Source of the DNA: a virus
Taxonomy: Duplodnaviria > Caudoviricetes
Virus record (IMG/VR): IMGVR_UViG_2833005253_000001
Coordinates: 1-64,000 of that record
DNA length: 64,000 nucleotides
Strand: one strand, 5' to 3'
Shown: positions 1-9,253 of the stretch, in pieces
Position numbering within the stretch: position 1 is the first letter of the stretch
How the letters are laid out: each line of letters opens with the position of its first letter
Position numbers and translations under genes: made by a program
The notes under the pieces: generated by a model
The model's input: the letters and a program-made list of their open reading frames with translations, nothing else
The model's database searches: none
What the model was told of the DNA's origin: nothing

Positions 1-1173
1 TCAACTTTTTAATATTTTTAAGTGGGACAAATTTGGGACATGATTTGAGATTTTTCTATTAAATCTGTCAAAAACGCCGTCAATTTGTTTGGCGTGTTCA
101 GTAAGATGATTAGACGCTAAGTGTGCATATCGCCTTACCATTTCGACTGATTCCCATCCACCCATTTCTTGTAAAACAGAAAGTGGAACGCCAGACTGAA
201 TTAACCAGCTAGCCCAAGTATGTCTCAGATCATGAAAGCGAAAATTTTCTATTCCGGCTCGTTTTAATGCCGCCCTCCATGCCGTATTAGAATCGACCCG
301 CATTTTTCTAATCGAATTTGTTTGTGAACCATCAGATCGCTTTGCTGACATTGTATGTACGAATACCCATTTTTGATGATTACCCAATTGTCGCGTCAGA
401 ATACAGCAAGCCGTATCGTTTAGAGCTACACCTATAGCTTTTCCCGATTTGCTGTTTTCTGGCTCTATCCAGGCAACTTTTCTTTGCATATCAATTTGTG
501 ACCACGCTAAATTAAGGATATTTGAACGACGTAACCCGGTTGCCAGCGCAAATTCAACCGTCGATCTAAGGGGTTCAGGACATTCATTGATTAATCTTTC
601 TGCTTCATCCGGTTCTAACCATCTAATACGTTTTTCTCTAGCCGATGGAACCTTAATAACCGGTGATTTTTCTATCCATTTCCAATCTCTTTCAGCAGAT
701 CTCATCATTGATTTAAGTAGTGCCAAATGCTTAGCTTTTGTTGCTATAGAAACTTCTTTCGCTTGATAAGCGGGTATTTCTATTCCTTTTCTTTTTGCTG
801 AATTAACTCTACTTTTCCATCTTAATTGTTCCTGCCTATTTTTCATTTTGCTAATAGCACTATATATTTTTGCTTCTGTAATATCTTTTAATCGGGTACC
901 GCTGAAATACAGTAGCCAAAAACCAAGTCTACCCTTGTCATCGTCTAAAGATTTCTTGTTAGCCTTCTCTTCAATCCATCTCAAGCAGGCTTCGTCAAAT
1001 GTGACATTAGGAAAATCATCTAACTTTGCTATTCTCCATAATTCAGCTTTTCGTTTGTCGTGTAACTCCTGAGCTTGTTTTTTGTCCTCTGTGCCAAGTG
1101 ATTCCTTAATTCTTTTTCCGCACGGTGTTGTGTAACTGCCGTACCAAATTTTACCACGTTTGAAGATTGACAT
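1..1173 (-). CDS. int: Tyrosine integrase (P22/DLP12-like), 390 aa
   Basis: ATGLRRSN (Arg I), [11 protein letters not shown] (H-x-x-R), MGGW and RRYAHL (catalytic Tyr). Confidence 0.96.
   Translation of the reverse strand: MSIFKRGKIWYGSYTTPCGKRIKESLGTEDKKQAQELHDKRKAELWRIAKLDDFPNVTFDEACLRWIEEKANKKSLDDDKGRLGFWLLYFSGTRLKDITEAKIYSAISKMKNRQEQLRWKSRVNSAKRKGIEIPAYQAKEVSIATKAKHLALLKSMMRSAERDWKWIEKSPVIKVPSAREKRIRWLEPDEAERLINECPEPLRSTVEFALATGLRRSNILNLAWSQIDMQRKVAWIEPENSKSGKAIGVALNDTACCILTRQLGNHQKWVFVHTMSAKRSDGSQTNSIRKMRVDSNTAWRAALKRAGIENFRFHDLRHTWASWLIQSGVPLSVLQEMGGWESVEMVRRYAHLASNHLTEHAKQIDGVFDRFNRKISNHVPNLSHLKILKS
21..40 (+). promoter_or_regulatory. Putative integrase arm-type binding sites (TGGGAC direct repeat), left arm
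   Basis: AGTGGGACAAATTTGGGACA; an 18/20 copy lies at 38796-38815 near attR. Confidence 0.65.
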
Positions 1174-1409
1174 TTTTTACTCCTGATGACATCAATCTCG
1201 CTCTCAGAGAGAGTATTGATCGAATTTTTAACGGCTTCAATACAAGCTTCTTTTGTAAATAAATAAGGTGATTTCTTTTTGTACGGATTTTTGCGTTGAT
1301 AACTAATGATCCCCAGCTTGCACCAATTACTCAGAGTGTCTTCACTTATTCCTATTATTTTCGCTGCCTCTTGCCGCGTTAAAGTCGCTTTGTTCATTAC
1401 ATTCCTCAT
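1029..1409 (-). CDS. xis: Excisionase / MerR-like HTH recombination directionality factor
   Basis: [23 protein letters not shown]; overlaps the int start. Confidence 0.8.
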   Translation of the reverse strand: MRNVMNKATLTRQEAAKIIGISEDTLSNWCKLGIISYQRKNPYKKKSPYLFTKEACIEAVKNSINTLSESEIDVIRSKKCQSSNVVKFGTAVTQHRAEKELRNHLAQRTKNKLRSYTTNEKLNYGE

Positions 1410-1540
1410 TCAAAAGTGGAAAAGAGAGTACTAGAGATTATTTGCTGTATGGTTTTTTGTGGTAATATTGTTGCCGTTGTGTGTTAGTTAACAGCAATAT
1501 TTTTCCCCGGTGCTGGGCAGCTTTATGCTGGTATTTTTTT

Positions 1541-2923
1541 TTATTTCCTTTTCATCGCTTCCAGTAATAAATCCTGTATTTCCCGTTTTGAATTGCGTCG
1601 TTCCATGACCACTTCATCGAGGGTATCTTTAGCAACGATATGGTGAATAAAGACAGGGCGGTTATGTCCGGCTTGTGCCTGACGAGTCGGGCCTATACGT
1701 TCGATAATTTGCTGGTACTGCTCTAAATCCCACCAGTGGGAAAAAAAGACCAGAATATTACCGCCGTCCTGTAAATTTAAGCCGTGTCCACAGCTTGCGG
1801 GGTGAGCAAAGAGCAAGGGGATTTTGCCATTATTCCAGTCGGTAAGGGTTCGGGGGTTGGCATCTAAATTTTTTCCTTTGGGAAAGGCTTTTAATAAACG
1901 CTCGAGGTCATGTTTCCAGTGGTAAGCGACCAGTACTGGCGTCCCTCCTGATTCATTAACAATACTCTCTAGCGCCTGAATTTTGGCATCGTGTATCTCT
2001 GTCCAATTGCGATTGTCATCGCTATAAATAGCGCCACTGGCAATTTGCAAAATTTTTATTGTTTTGGCCGCCGCGTTTAACGCTTCAATCGCACTCTCGC
2101 CCAATTCAAGAAACAGTTCTTTTTCCATGGCATGATAGTGTGCTCGCGCTTTTGCAGGTAGTTCAACGTTGATAACGTTGTGTATCGGTTCATCGATATC
2201 AAACCAGTCGGCTGCATCAAGGGATAAGGTGACATCGCTAAGCGCTAACGGAATTTGTAGATGCGCAAATCCTAAAGGCTCAAACCGACTCCATTGTTGC
2301 CCGGGCAACTGGATACGCTTAAACCAGCGAGACGTAAACGCATTATAGGTTCTGCCTAAGCGCTCGCCCTGGTCAACAAACCACGCTTGCCCCCATAAGT
2401 CCATCAGGCCATTAGGTGAAGGCGTGCCTGTCAGATTTACCCAGCGATGAACAGATTTATGCGCTATTTTGGCGAGGGCTGCGGTGCGTTTACCGCCTTT
2501 GCGTAACCGGAATGATTTCAACCGGGTGCTCTCATCGGCAATAATTGTGCCAAAAGGCCAAGTGTCACCAAGTATGTCAACCAGCCAGACGAGATTGTCA
2601 TAATTGACCGTAAATACGCTGGCATGGGTATTTTTGAGTGCCGCTATCCGTGCTTTGGCAGAGCCAATGATGGGTTGTACTTCAATATTACGCAGGTGGC
2701 TCCATTTAAGCGCTTCATCTGGCCAGGTGGATTGCGCTACCCGTAACGGGGCTAACACTAATGTCGGTTTGGTTTCACTGCCTGATAAATAGAGATTTTC
2801 TAACGCCGTCAGTGTGGCTGCCGTTTTTCCCATTCCCATTCCCGCCCAGACATTTGAGCGTTTGATATCGAGTAGGTGATTGATAATGAGATGTTGGTAA
2901 GGTCGAGGGGTGAAGGTTTTCAT
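1541..2923 (-). CDS. SNF2/DEAD-like phage helicase
   Basis: GMGMGKT Walker A, IIADES Walker B, LTGTP, HPASCGHGLNLQ, ERIGPTRQ. Confidence 0.92.
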   Translation of the reverse strand: MKTFTPRPYQHLIINHLLDIKRSNVWAGMGMGKTAATLTALENLYLSGSETKPTLVLAPLRVAQSTWPDEALKWSHLRNIEVQPIIGSAKARIAALKNTHASVFTVNYDNLVWLVDILGDTWPFGTIIADESTRLKSFRLRKGGKRTAALAKIAHKSVHRWVNLTGTPSPNGLMDLWGQAWFVDQGERLGRTYNAFTSRWFKRIQLPGQQWSRFEPLGFAHLQIPLALSDVTLSLDAADWFDIDEPIHNVINVELPAKARAHYHAMEKELFLELGESAIEALNAAAKTIKILQIASGAIYSDDNRNWTEIHDAKIQALESIVNESGGTPVLVAYHWKHDLERLLKAFPKGKNLDANPRTLTDWNNGKIPLLFAHPASCGHGLNLQDGGNILVFFSHWWDLEQYQQIIERIGPTRQAQAGHNRPVFIHHIVAKDTLDEVVMERRNSKREIQDLLLEAMKRK

Positions 2924-2942
2924 AAATTGCCTTTTAGCTGTT

Positions 2943-3674
2943 TTAAAATAATTCAGCGATATCGATACCGTGTATTTCAAGCCACGCCTCCCTCGGATAA
3001 ATCACTTCACGGCAGTTTTGGTCAGGATTGAAACAGGTTGGGTATCCCGAGGTGAGTGCGTCATAAATATCGTGTTTGTCGAGCCAGGCATTTAACACTT
3101 TCCAGCCAAACATTTTTCCCGTCGCTCTCCACACTGCCTGTTGAGAAGCCCATTCTTTACTTGCGCCAAATCGGGCGGCCATTTTTTCACGCTCTCGTAT
3201 CGCACGATTAGCAATGCGCTGGTAGGCTGAATTACGTTGGAGTGCAGTGGCTTCCCTTTTGCGACTAATATGGGATTTGGTACGGATAGCTTCATCTCTC
3301 TGGTCAGTAATAACAGCCTTTTCCTTTTCTGAGATAACCAAGGTTTCAAGCGCTTCAATGTAGTTAGTGGGTAATGAAGGGGGGGTTAATTTCTGTTCCA
3401 GTTCTTGCCAACGATCAACCAGGCAAGCCGTAAATTCAGGGCAAAGTTGAGCAACAACAATAATGCTGTCACGTTTACCTTGTTCTCCCTCGAATAGGTA
3501 AACTGTTGTCGGGCGACCTGCGGTGGGCTTTTCCTCAATTTGAGGAGAAGTAATTACGTTCCGGCTACTTAGCGTTTCGATAGTCCGTTTTACGTTGTCG
3601 TGACGTTTGTTAACGAGTTCCGCAATTTCAAGGCTTGACATAGTTAAACTTTGGAAAGTTATTAAATTTTGCAT
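2943..3674 (-). CDS. Rha-family phage regulatory/antirepressor protein
   Basis: TMSSLEIAELVNKRHDNVKRTIE N-terminus and VAQLCPEFTACLVDRWQELE are typical of the Rha domain. Confidence 0.85.
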   Translation of the reverse strand: MQNLITFQSLTMSSLEIAELVNKRHDNVKRTIETLSSRNVITSPQIEEKPTAGRPTTVYLFEGEQGKRDSIIVVAQLCPEFTACLVDRWQELEQKLTPPSLPTNYIEALETLVISEKEKAVITDQRDEAIRTKSHISRKREATALQRNSAYQRIANRAIREREKMAARFGASKEWASQQAVWRATGKMFGWKVLNAWLDKHDIYDALTSGYPTCFNPDQNCREVIYPREAWLEIHGIDIAELF

Positions 3675-3709
3675 GTAAAAATTCCTCAATAATGAAATTG
3701 ATAAAAGAT

Positions 3710-3728
3710 CGCCCCTACAAAAGGGGCG
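3710..3728 (-). terminator. Hairpin, probable intrinsic terminator between the bro and rha genes
   Basis: CGCCCCT-ACAAA-AGGGGCG stem, followed on the minus strand by ATCTTTT. Confidence 0.5.
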
Positions 3729-3738
3729 TTAAGATTAA

Positions 3739-4521
3739 TTAGTGGCGTTCTAGGAAGTGGGTCAGTTCACCTTCGTACCACTGATCCGTACGAGCGGTAA
3801 TTATCCCGATTTGTTGATGGTGGAAGTGCTCAAAAAGCTGTTTGATCTCCGCTAATACGGTATCGATATTCTCACGCTTGCGTAAAAGTCGTTTGATCGT
3901 CTGCTTTTCAGCCTCATTGATAATCTGGCGCAATGTCTCAGTGATATAGTAAATGCGTCTGCACTCATCAGCCATTAACGGTATATGCTCTATTTGAAAA
4001 CGCTCCGGTGAGGGTGTGCCAGTCACTTCACGTAAAGCCAGCCACACCGCTCTAGTCCATGACTGTTCAAACCGAAAGCCATTTGTCATGCACCAGACTA
4101 AATGCGTTAGATTTCGAGTATCCGAATGGGTAAAACGCTCTACGGCTTTCGGTTGGGGTTGGTATTTTGGTGTAAAGTTAGCGGTTTGGTTAACTGTTTG
4201 CTTATCAAGGATATCCAGCACCCATTTTCTGAATTCTTTTGCTACAGGCGTATTAGCGAACATAGCGATCAGATGTGCACCACGTAAAGAGAAAATTCGT
4301 ACCACTTTCTCACGTAAGCTATTGTTTATTCCATTGACCCTCAAATTGAGTGTCATTGACATCTGAGATGTAAACTCGTCCAAATTACGTGCATAAATCT
4401 GGGTGATGGCATCAATTTTCTTGTATTGTAAAGCTCTTGCGATTTCAGCAGAAGTAAACCAGATTTCGCCATTACGGGAAATAGTTTCAAGAATAGTGTT
4501 ACGGAAAATTAAAGTATTCAT
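3739..4521 (-). CDS. Bro-N / P22 Ant-like antirepressor
   Basis: NGEIWFTSAEIARALQY and RIFSLRGAHLIAMFANTPVAKEFRKWVLD (Bro-N/P22_AR_N-like). Confidence 0.85.
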   Translation of the reverse strand: MNTLIFRNTILETISRNGEIWFTSAEIARALQYKKIDAITQIYARNLDEFTSQMSMTLNLRVNGINNSLREKVVRIFSLRGAHLIAMFANTPVAKEFRKWVLDILDKQTVNQTANFTPKYQPQPKAVERFTHSDTRNLTHLVWCMTNGFRFEQSWTRAVWLALREVTGTPSPERFQIEHIPLMADECRRIYYITETLRQIINEAEKQTIKRLLRKRENIDTVLAEIKQLFEHFHHQQIGIITARTDQWYEGELTHFLERH

Positions 4522-4579
4522 AGTAATGATTCCCTGTTTAGTTAAGGATAATCACCACCTTAAGATGCGAATCTAATAG

Positions 4580-4657
4580 GCGGCGAGCTGGACGGAGTTC
4601 GCATTACCGGCTAAACAGGACCCGGCGGGCCTTTCGGCTCCCCCATCCGGCCCACCA
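4580..4657 (-). ncRNA. C4-type antisense RNA (P1/P7 c4, P4 CI family)
   Basis: Closing stem 4582-4595/4642-4655 favours the minus strand (G-U pairs); GCC-GAAA-GGC tetraloop; the loops at 4597-4604 and 4611-4619 are complementary to duplicated a/b targets at 4734-4744/4717-4727 and 4563-4573/4533-4543. Confidence 0.8.
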
Positions 4658-4686
4658 TTGATTCTTGATATGGTAGACTAACGCAT

Positions 4687-4803
4687 AAAAAAAACACGCT
4701 GTCGGCGTGCTATGCGCCTGTTTAGTTACGGCGAGATGCGAATCCCGACATCTGATTTTGCAGATGTAAATAAACTATAGCGCATGATTTCTTCTTTCGT
4801 CAA
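4687..4803 (-). promoter_or_regulatory. Sigma70 promoter, a1/b1 C4 target sites and attenuator hairpin for the c4-bro operon
   Basis: Minus strand: TTGACG (4798-4803), 18 bp spacer, TATAGT (4774-4779); hairpin CACGC-CGACA-GCGTG followed by a T8 tract at 4687-4709. Confidence 0.65.
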
Positions 4804-4814
4804 TAAGTTAATTT

Positions 4815-5096
4815 TCAGTTCACAGCGGGTAAGATACTGCTTAGATCCTGACTGTCCAGTACGATAACTTGATGGCCCAGGGCAAAAAGCCGTGCGTGTT
4901 CGCGTAATTGGTAAGGGGTAGGTTTTTCGCCCGGTGCTTTACACTCCACAAAAATAATCTTGCCATTGGGCAGGGCGACTAATCGGTCAGGCACGCCTCG
5001 TCGTCCGGGTGAAACGAATTTATAGGCAATCCCGCCGATTTTTTGCACTTCACTCACCAGGTGTTTTTCAATGCTGTCTTCCCTAATTAACCGCAT
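4815..5096 (-). CDS. VRR-NUC domain nuclease
   Basis: KFVSPGRRGVPDRLV...FVECKAPG PD-(D/E)XK signature. Confidence 0.9.
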   Translation of the reverse strand: MRLIREDSIEKHLVSEVQKIGGIAYKFVSPGRRGVPDRLVALPNGKIIFVECKAPGEKPTPYQLREHARLFALGHQVIVLDSQDLSSILPAVN

Positions 5097-5304
5097 GGAT
5101 ACATCCTTTTTATGTTTTCCCGTTTAATTTGCATCAGGCAAAAATCGGCGCGGTGTTCACTCCAGATACGATTATTGCGATTGCGCGCCAGCCGATTTGC
5201 CTGTGACCATGCGCGCGCGGCTTCATGGTATTGACCGGATTGTTCAAGGTGAAATCCTGTGCCGCCTTAAAATAAAGTGGGCTGTCGTTTTTTCTAAAGG
5301 CCAT
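5087..5304 (-). pseudogene. Frameshifted small regulator, ANR (AraC negative regulator)-like
   Basis: MAFRKNDSPLYFKAAQD, then a frameshift near 5250 into HLEQSGQYHEAARAWSQANRLARNRNNRIWSEHRADFC. Confidence 0.5.
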
Positions 5305-5330
5305 GATGTTTATTTTATCCTGTGTGTTAT

Positions 5331-7394
5331 TTATTCCTTTCGGTAGCGATAAGTCTCAAACCCATTGGCGCTAAGCGGTAAATCCCAAGCCCAGTCCGAA
5401 TTAAAACTTAAGAGTTTGCTTAATCCCTCGGCTGAAAATTGGGGTGTATCGGGGGCTTCGCTGATAATTTCATCATGGACGGTTAGGACAATCTCATAAC
5501 CTGCCTTTTCAATAGGCGGCATGTTATATGCCAAAACATCCCGTGCAGTGCTCTGACATATATTTTCAATAATTTTGCCCCCGTAGGTTTTTAGCCTTTC
5601 CCATTTACGGCTATAGGGGTTAGTTCCCATGTAGGTGATTTGTCCATTCTCTGTTCGCGCAGAAGGGTAGCAAAGACTACGCCCTGAAGGTAAACAAATC
5701 CTGAGCCAGCCTTTATCGCGACGAACGCTAAGTTTACGGCACTTAAACGCTATCCCCGGTGACTGAATCGCTTGTTTTACGGCGTCTTCAATGTCGTACC
5801 AGAATGATACGGTTTGTGGATGGGCATTGCGCCACATACGCTTAAGGGCATCGCAGGTAACAAAGATTTTTTCGCTGAGGCCATACGTTTTATCTGTTTC
5901 AACGGATTTTTGATACCAGCGCATCGCCTCTCGTTTAACGCCAGGCAGTATATTAGGTAATGCGGCTTCCGCCAGTTCATCTAAATCCAGACCGTAGGCG
6001 AGGGCGAATGTCAGAAATGCCGCAACGCCTCCACCATAGCCTAAGCCGAGCTCCATCACCTTACCGATTTGCCGTTGTTCTTTGGTGACGTCCTCAGGTA
6101 AAAGATTAAACGCGCGCGCATAGGCGAGTTTATAGAGGTCATCACCTTTGCCGTTATCAAACTCGCTAAAAGCGTTGACTTTCCAGTTTTCCCCTGCCAG
6201 CCACGCCAGCATGCGGCCTTCGATATTCGACAAATCCGAGATAACCAGCTTTTTACCCGGTGGTGCAATAATACATCCTCTTAGCGCGGAACTGGTCAGT
6301 TGCATAATGTCATCACAAATCAGCTCGGCGCAACCGGCTTTTAAGGCTTCAATCCCGTTATCAATGGTGTTTGGGTCAAGCGTGGGTCTGGGGAGATTAT
6401 CTGGTTGAAAAACGCGCCCCGCCCAGCGTCCGGTGCGTGAGGCGCCACAAAATTGCTTAGTTCCTCTAAGTCGTCCATCTGCACTCACCGATTTTAACAG
6501 CGCTTTATATTTACTGGTGCTGGTTGTACAGGATTGCAGACGGACTGACAGCAGTTCGCGTAAATCCGGTGGGATATCAGGGTCATTAATGCGGCGCTGT
6601 AGCGTACTGGCCTGCATATCTGGTAACGTGATGCCAAATGCAGAAGCGATATGTTGTAGCAGAGCATCGCGTTGTGTTGCGTTTTGTACGGCATTATCCG
6701 TTAATTGCTGGGTAACAGTTGATAGCCGATTTTGCTCGTTTTCAACGGCGGTCAAGGCGCTTTTGGCCAACTCAACGTCCATACACATCCCACGGCGATT
6801 AATTTTTTGGTCTAGCTGCCATAGTTCGGTTTCATCGACATTCATATTCCAGTTGGGTAAATGTTGATAAATTTCCCGCATGGCTAAAATATCAGAGCCT
6901 GCGTAATCCTTAAAACGTTGCCATTCCTCTGCATGGGTTAACGCCGTAGCGCGTTGTATTTTGCTATTTTTAGGGCGGGGTTTGCACAATAAAGAGATAA
7001 GGGCTTTACCCTCTTTATCTTTGGCTTTATCGCTATTGACGTTGAAGATATCGCAAAGCAAGCCAAGCGCACCGGGTAGCCCATGTGCTAGTGCTTGCAC
7101 CAGCGTATCGTGAACACGGGATAAGGGTAAGTCGATATTTAACACTCGTTTTAAAATGACCGTATCGAACATACCGCCATTATGCCAGACGGTTAAGATT
7201 TCTGAGTCATCAAGATAGGCTTTTAAATCTGCGGGCATTGTTTTATCTTGCGTCACATCCCACACCTTGACAGGAGCATGATTGTACGCATACGCAAAAA
7301 GTAATATTTCTGCATTTTCAGCGTAGCGATGAGTGCCACAATTAATGGGGATATCGCTGTAGGTTTCTAAATCGCAAAATAGTAAATTTTGCAT
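5331..7394 (-). CDS. Family A DNA polymerase with 3'-5' exonuclease domain, 687 aa, no intein
   Basis: CDLETYS (ExoI), [15 protein letters not shown] (motif A), [14 protein letters not shown] (motif B), TVHDEI (motif C). Confidence 0.95.
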   Translation of the reverse strand: MQNLLFCDLETYSDIPINCGTHRYAENAEILLFAYAYNHAPVKVWDVTQDKTMPADLKAYLDDSEILTVWHNGGMFDTVILKRVLNIDLPLSRVHDTLVQALAHGLPGALGLLCDIFNVNSDKAKDKEGKALISLLCKPRPKNSKIQRATALTHAEEWQRFKDYAGSDILAMREIYQHLPNWNMNVDETELWQLDQKINRRGMCMDVELAKSALTAVENEQNRLSTVTQQLTDNAVQNATQRDALLQHIASAFGITLPDMQASTLQRRINDPDIPPDLRELLSVRLQSCTTSTSKYKALLKSVSADGRLRGTKQFCGASRTGRWAGRVFQPDNLPRPTLDPNTIDNGIEALKAGCAELICDDIMQLTSSALRGCIIAPPGKKLVISDLSNIEGRMLAWLAGENWKVNAFSEFDNGKGDDLYKLAYARAFNLLPEDVTKEQRQIGKVMELGLGYGGGVAAFLTFALAYGLDLDELAEAALPNILPGVKREAMRWYQKSVETDKTYGLSEKIFVTCDALKRMWRNAHPQTVSFWYDIEDAVKQAIQSPGIAFKCRKLSVRRDKGWLRICLPSGRSLCYPSARTENGQITYMGTNPYSRKWERLKTYGGKIIENICQSTARDVLAYNMPPIEKAGYEIVLTVHDEIISEAPDTPQFSAEGLSKLLSFNSDWAWDLPLSANGFETYRYRKE

Positions 7395-7406
7395 AATCCA
7401 TCCTTA

Positions 7407-7739
7407 TCAGGCCGTAACAGAAAAACGCCCCATTTTAGGGTGATACCACTGACTGCCGCATTTCTCAGCCCTAAGCATCATTTTATCCAGTGCATTTTTA
7501 AAGGCTTCTTCATCAACCACTGACATTTGGGTAATAGGGCCACCGGGTACAACATGAGGCACTTTTTTATAAGGTATATTCCACGCCATCACTAACTGGC
7601 GACATTTCGCATCACTCAAAACATTTCTTCTGAGACCTGTATCTTTTCGTGTTTCATTGACCATGACCAGTAATTGTTGTGAGTCGATCGTTTCTCCGCC
7701 GGATAGGGTGATATTTTGTGCATTCATTAAATTTTGCAT
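7407..7739 (-). CDS. Short antirepressor-like protein, probably internally deleted
   Basis: ETIDSQQLLVMVNETRK N-terminus resembles phage antirepressors; shares a 49-bp leader with the rha gene. Confidence 0.45.
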   Translation of the reverse strand: MQNLMNAQNITLSGGETIDSQQLLVMVNETRKDTGLRRNVLSDAKCRQLVMAWNIPYKKVPHVVPGGPITQMSVVDEEAFKNALDKMMLRAEKCGSQWYHPKMGRFSVTA

Positions 7740-7829
7740 GTGAAAATTCCTCAATAATGAAATTGATGAAAGATTTTGCAGATGGAACCCTAAACCCGTT
7801 ATACTTACCTAAACACGGGAGGATTACTT

Positions 7830-8324
7830 ATGGGTCAGGTTGCATTTGATGCACTACAAGCATCGGAAGAACTAGAAAGTGCTGGTATTTCTAGAGAAAA
7901 GGCTAGAGCTATCTCACTGGTAGTACGCAAATCGCATGAGGTTGCAGATGTAGCGACTAAAGCGGATATTGCAGAAGTTAAGCGTAATATTGCTGATGTT
8001 CGTAAAGACTTATCTGCTGAGATCGCTGATGTTCGTAAAGACATGGCTATTCGTTTTGAAAAAACAGATGCTCAAATAGCTGATGTTCGTAAAGACATGG
8101 CTATTCGTTTTGAAAAAACAGATGCTCAAATAGCTGATGTCCGCAAGGATATGGTTAATCTTTTCGATAAAACAGATGCTCAAATATCACTAGTTCGCAA
8201 AGACCTGCAACTTGAGATGTCAGGTATTCGCGCTGAGCAAAAGTTAATACGCTGGATGTTAGGCGCTGGTATTTTGGGTATCCTTTCTCTGGTGGTAAAA
8301 GCCTTTTTGATGCCTGCGCTATAA
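7830..8324 (+). CDS. DUF1640 / CCDC90-like membrane-anchored coiled-coil protein (moron)
   Basis: FDALQASEELESAGISREKARAI head, VATKADI neck, repetitive coiled coil, C-terminal TM helix WMLGAGILGILSLVV; opposite strand to its operon. Confidence 0.85.
   Translation: MGQVAFDALQASEELESAGISREKARAISLVVRKSHEVADVATKADIAEVKRNIADVRKDLSAEIADVRKDMAIRFEKTDAQIADVRKDMAIRFEKTDAQIADVRKDMVNLFDKTDAQISLVRKDLQLEMSGIRAEQKLIRWMLGAGILGILSLVVKAFLMPAL
8025..8186 (+). repeat. 54-bp (18-aa) tandem repeat in the DUF1640 stalk
   Basis: Identical units at 8025-8078 and 8079-8132; diverged third unit at 8133-8186. Confidence 0.9.
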
Positions 8325-8342
8325 TGATATTGGGCTGTTAGC

Positions 8343-8615
8343 TTAACGATAGAGCAGAGGGCTTTTAGCCCATTGCTTTCGGGTTTGAGTCCTGCACAGC
8401 CCGCCAACTCCCCGATGGCGTTTAGCCAATAGATTATTCTCTTTTCTTAGGTACTTGTTTTCTTCTACCAGTAGTCGAATCATATTGATTAATGTTTTGG
8501 TTTCCTCATCGGCATAACCCTGTTGTTCCAGGTTAAGCAAATATTGGCTGTTATTACTGGGGTTAGTGAGCACAATCGTTTCACCAATATACCGATGCGG
8601 GTTATCTAATTTCAT
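8343..8615 (-). CDS. Hypothetical phage protein
   Basis: 90-aa ORF with a GAGGAGG RBS, in the leftward operon. Confidence 0.65.
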   Translation of the reverse strand: MKLDNPHRYIGETIVLTNPSNNSQYLLNLEQQGYADEETKTLINMIRLLVEENKYLRKENNLLAKRHRGVGGLCRTQTRKQWAKSPLLYR

Positions 8616-8646
8616 TTTAAGCCTCCTCGAGTGACTAACTGCCTGA

Positions 8647-8685
8647 TTATTTAACCACTTAAGGCGGCAGTGGTTCCCGGGTGTT
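8647..8685 (-). repeat. 39-bp hairpin-forming repeat, copy 2
   Basis: 34/39 identical to 11659-11697; minus strand AACCACT-GCCGCCTTA-AGTGGTT stem-loop. Confidence 0.75.
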
Positions 8686-9238
8686 AGCTGGCCAATAATT
8701 CTTCTTCCGCAGCCATGCTCAGGTCGTCAAACTCTTCAACGGAAGCCACACCTCCCCCTGTGAAAGCATCGCCATCTCTGAAAAACTGAACACCTCTTAA
8801 TGAGGCTGAAACCCCTTTACCGTTATTGTCATAGCCGTAAAATTCAACGGTGGCGTTCACGTAGCAGCCAGAGTAGGGACGACCATCCTGTGCGGTTAAC
8901 GGGGAGGTGTTACGGTCAATGACTAATGGGCGGGATTTGTTACTGGCGCTGAGGTACAGGTTTCCGGCGTAACCGTCGTACTCTTTACTATCCCCATCGC
9001 GTAAGCAAAAACGGTTAGGATTATTACAAATGCTGTTATAGATTTTTTCGATATCCTTGTTGCCCCATTTTTCGCCAATCACGTGTTTGATACCGGCTTT
9101 GATTTCCTCAATCAGGTCCGTACGACTTTTGGGGATAAGAAAATTGGCGCGGTATTTGAACGCCCCTTGACCACTGACTTGCGTAGGCTCAAATAACTCA
9201 GGAAAAGCCAGACGTACGTTGTTTAATTTGATTTTCAT
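8684..9238 (-). CDS. DUF2815 ssDNA-binding protein (T7 gp2.5-like)
   Basis: NVRLAFPELFEP, YSGCYVNA, LRGVQFFRDGD and an acidic C-terminal tail. Confidence 0.9.
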   Translation of the reverse strand: MKIKLNNVRLAFPELFEPTQVSGQGAFKYRANFLIPKSRTDLIEEIKAGIKHVIGEKWGNKDIEKIYNSICNNPNRFCLRDGDSKEYDGYAGNLYLSASNKSRPLVIDRNTSPLTAQDGRPYSGCYVNATVEFYGYDNNGKGVSASLRGVQFFRDGDAFTGGGVASVEEFDDLSMAAEEELLAS

Positions 9239-9253
9239 AAAGTTACCTTTTGA

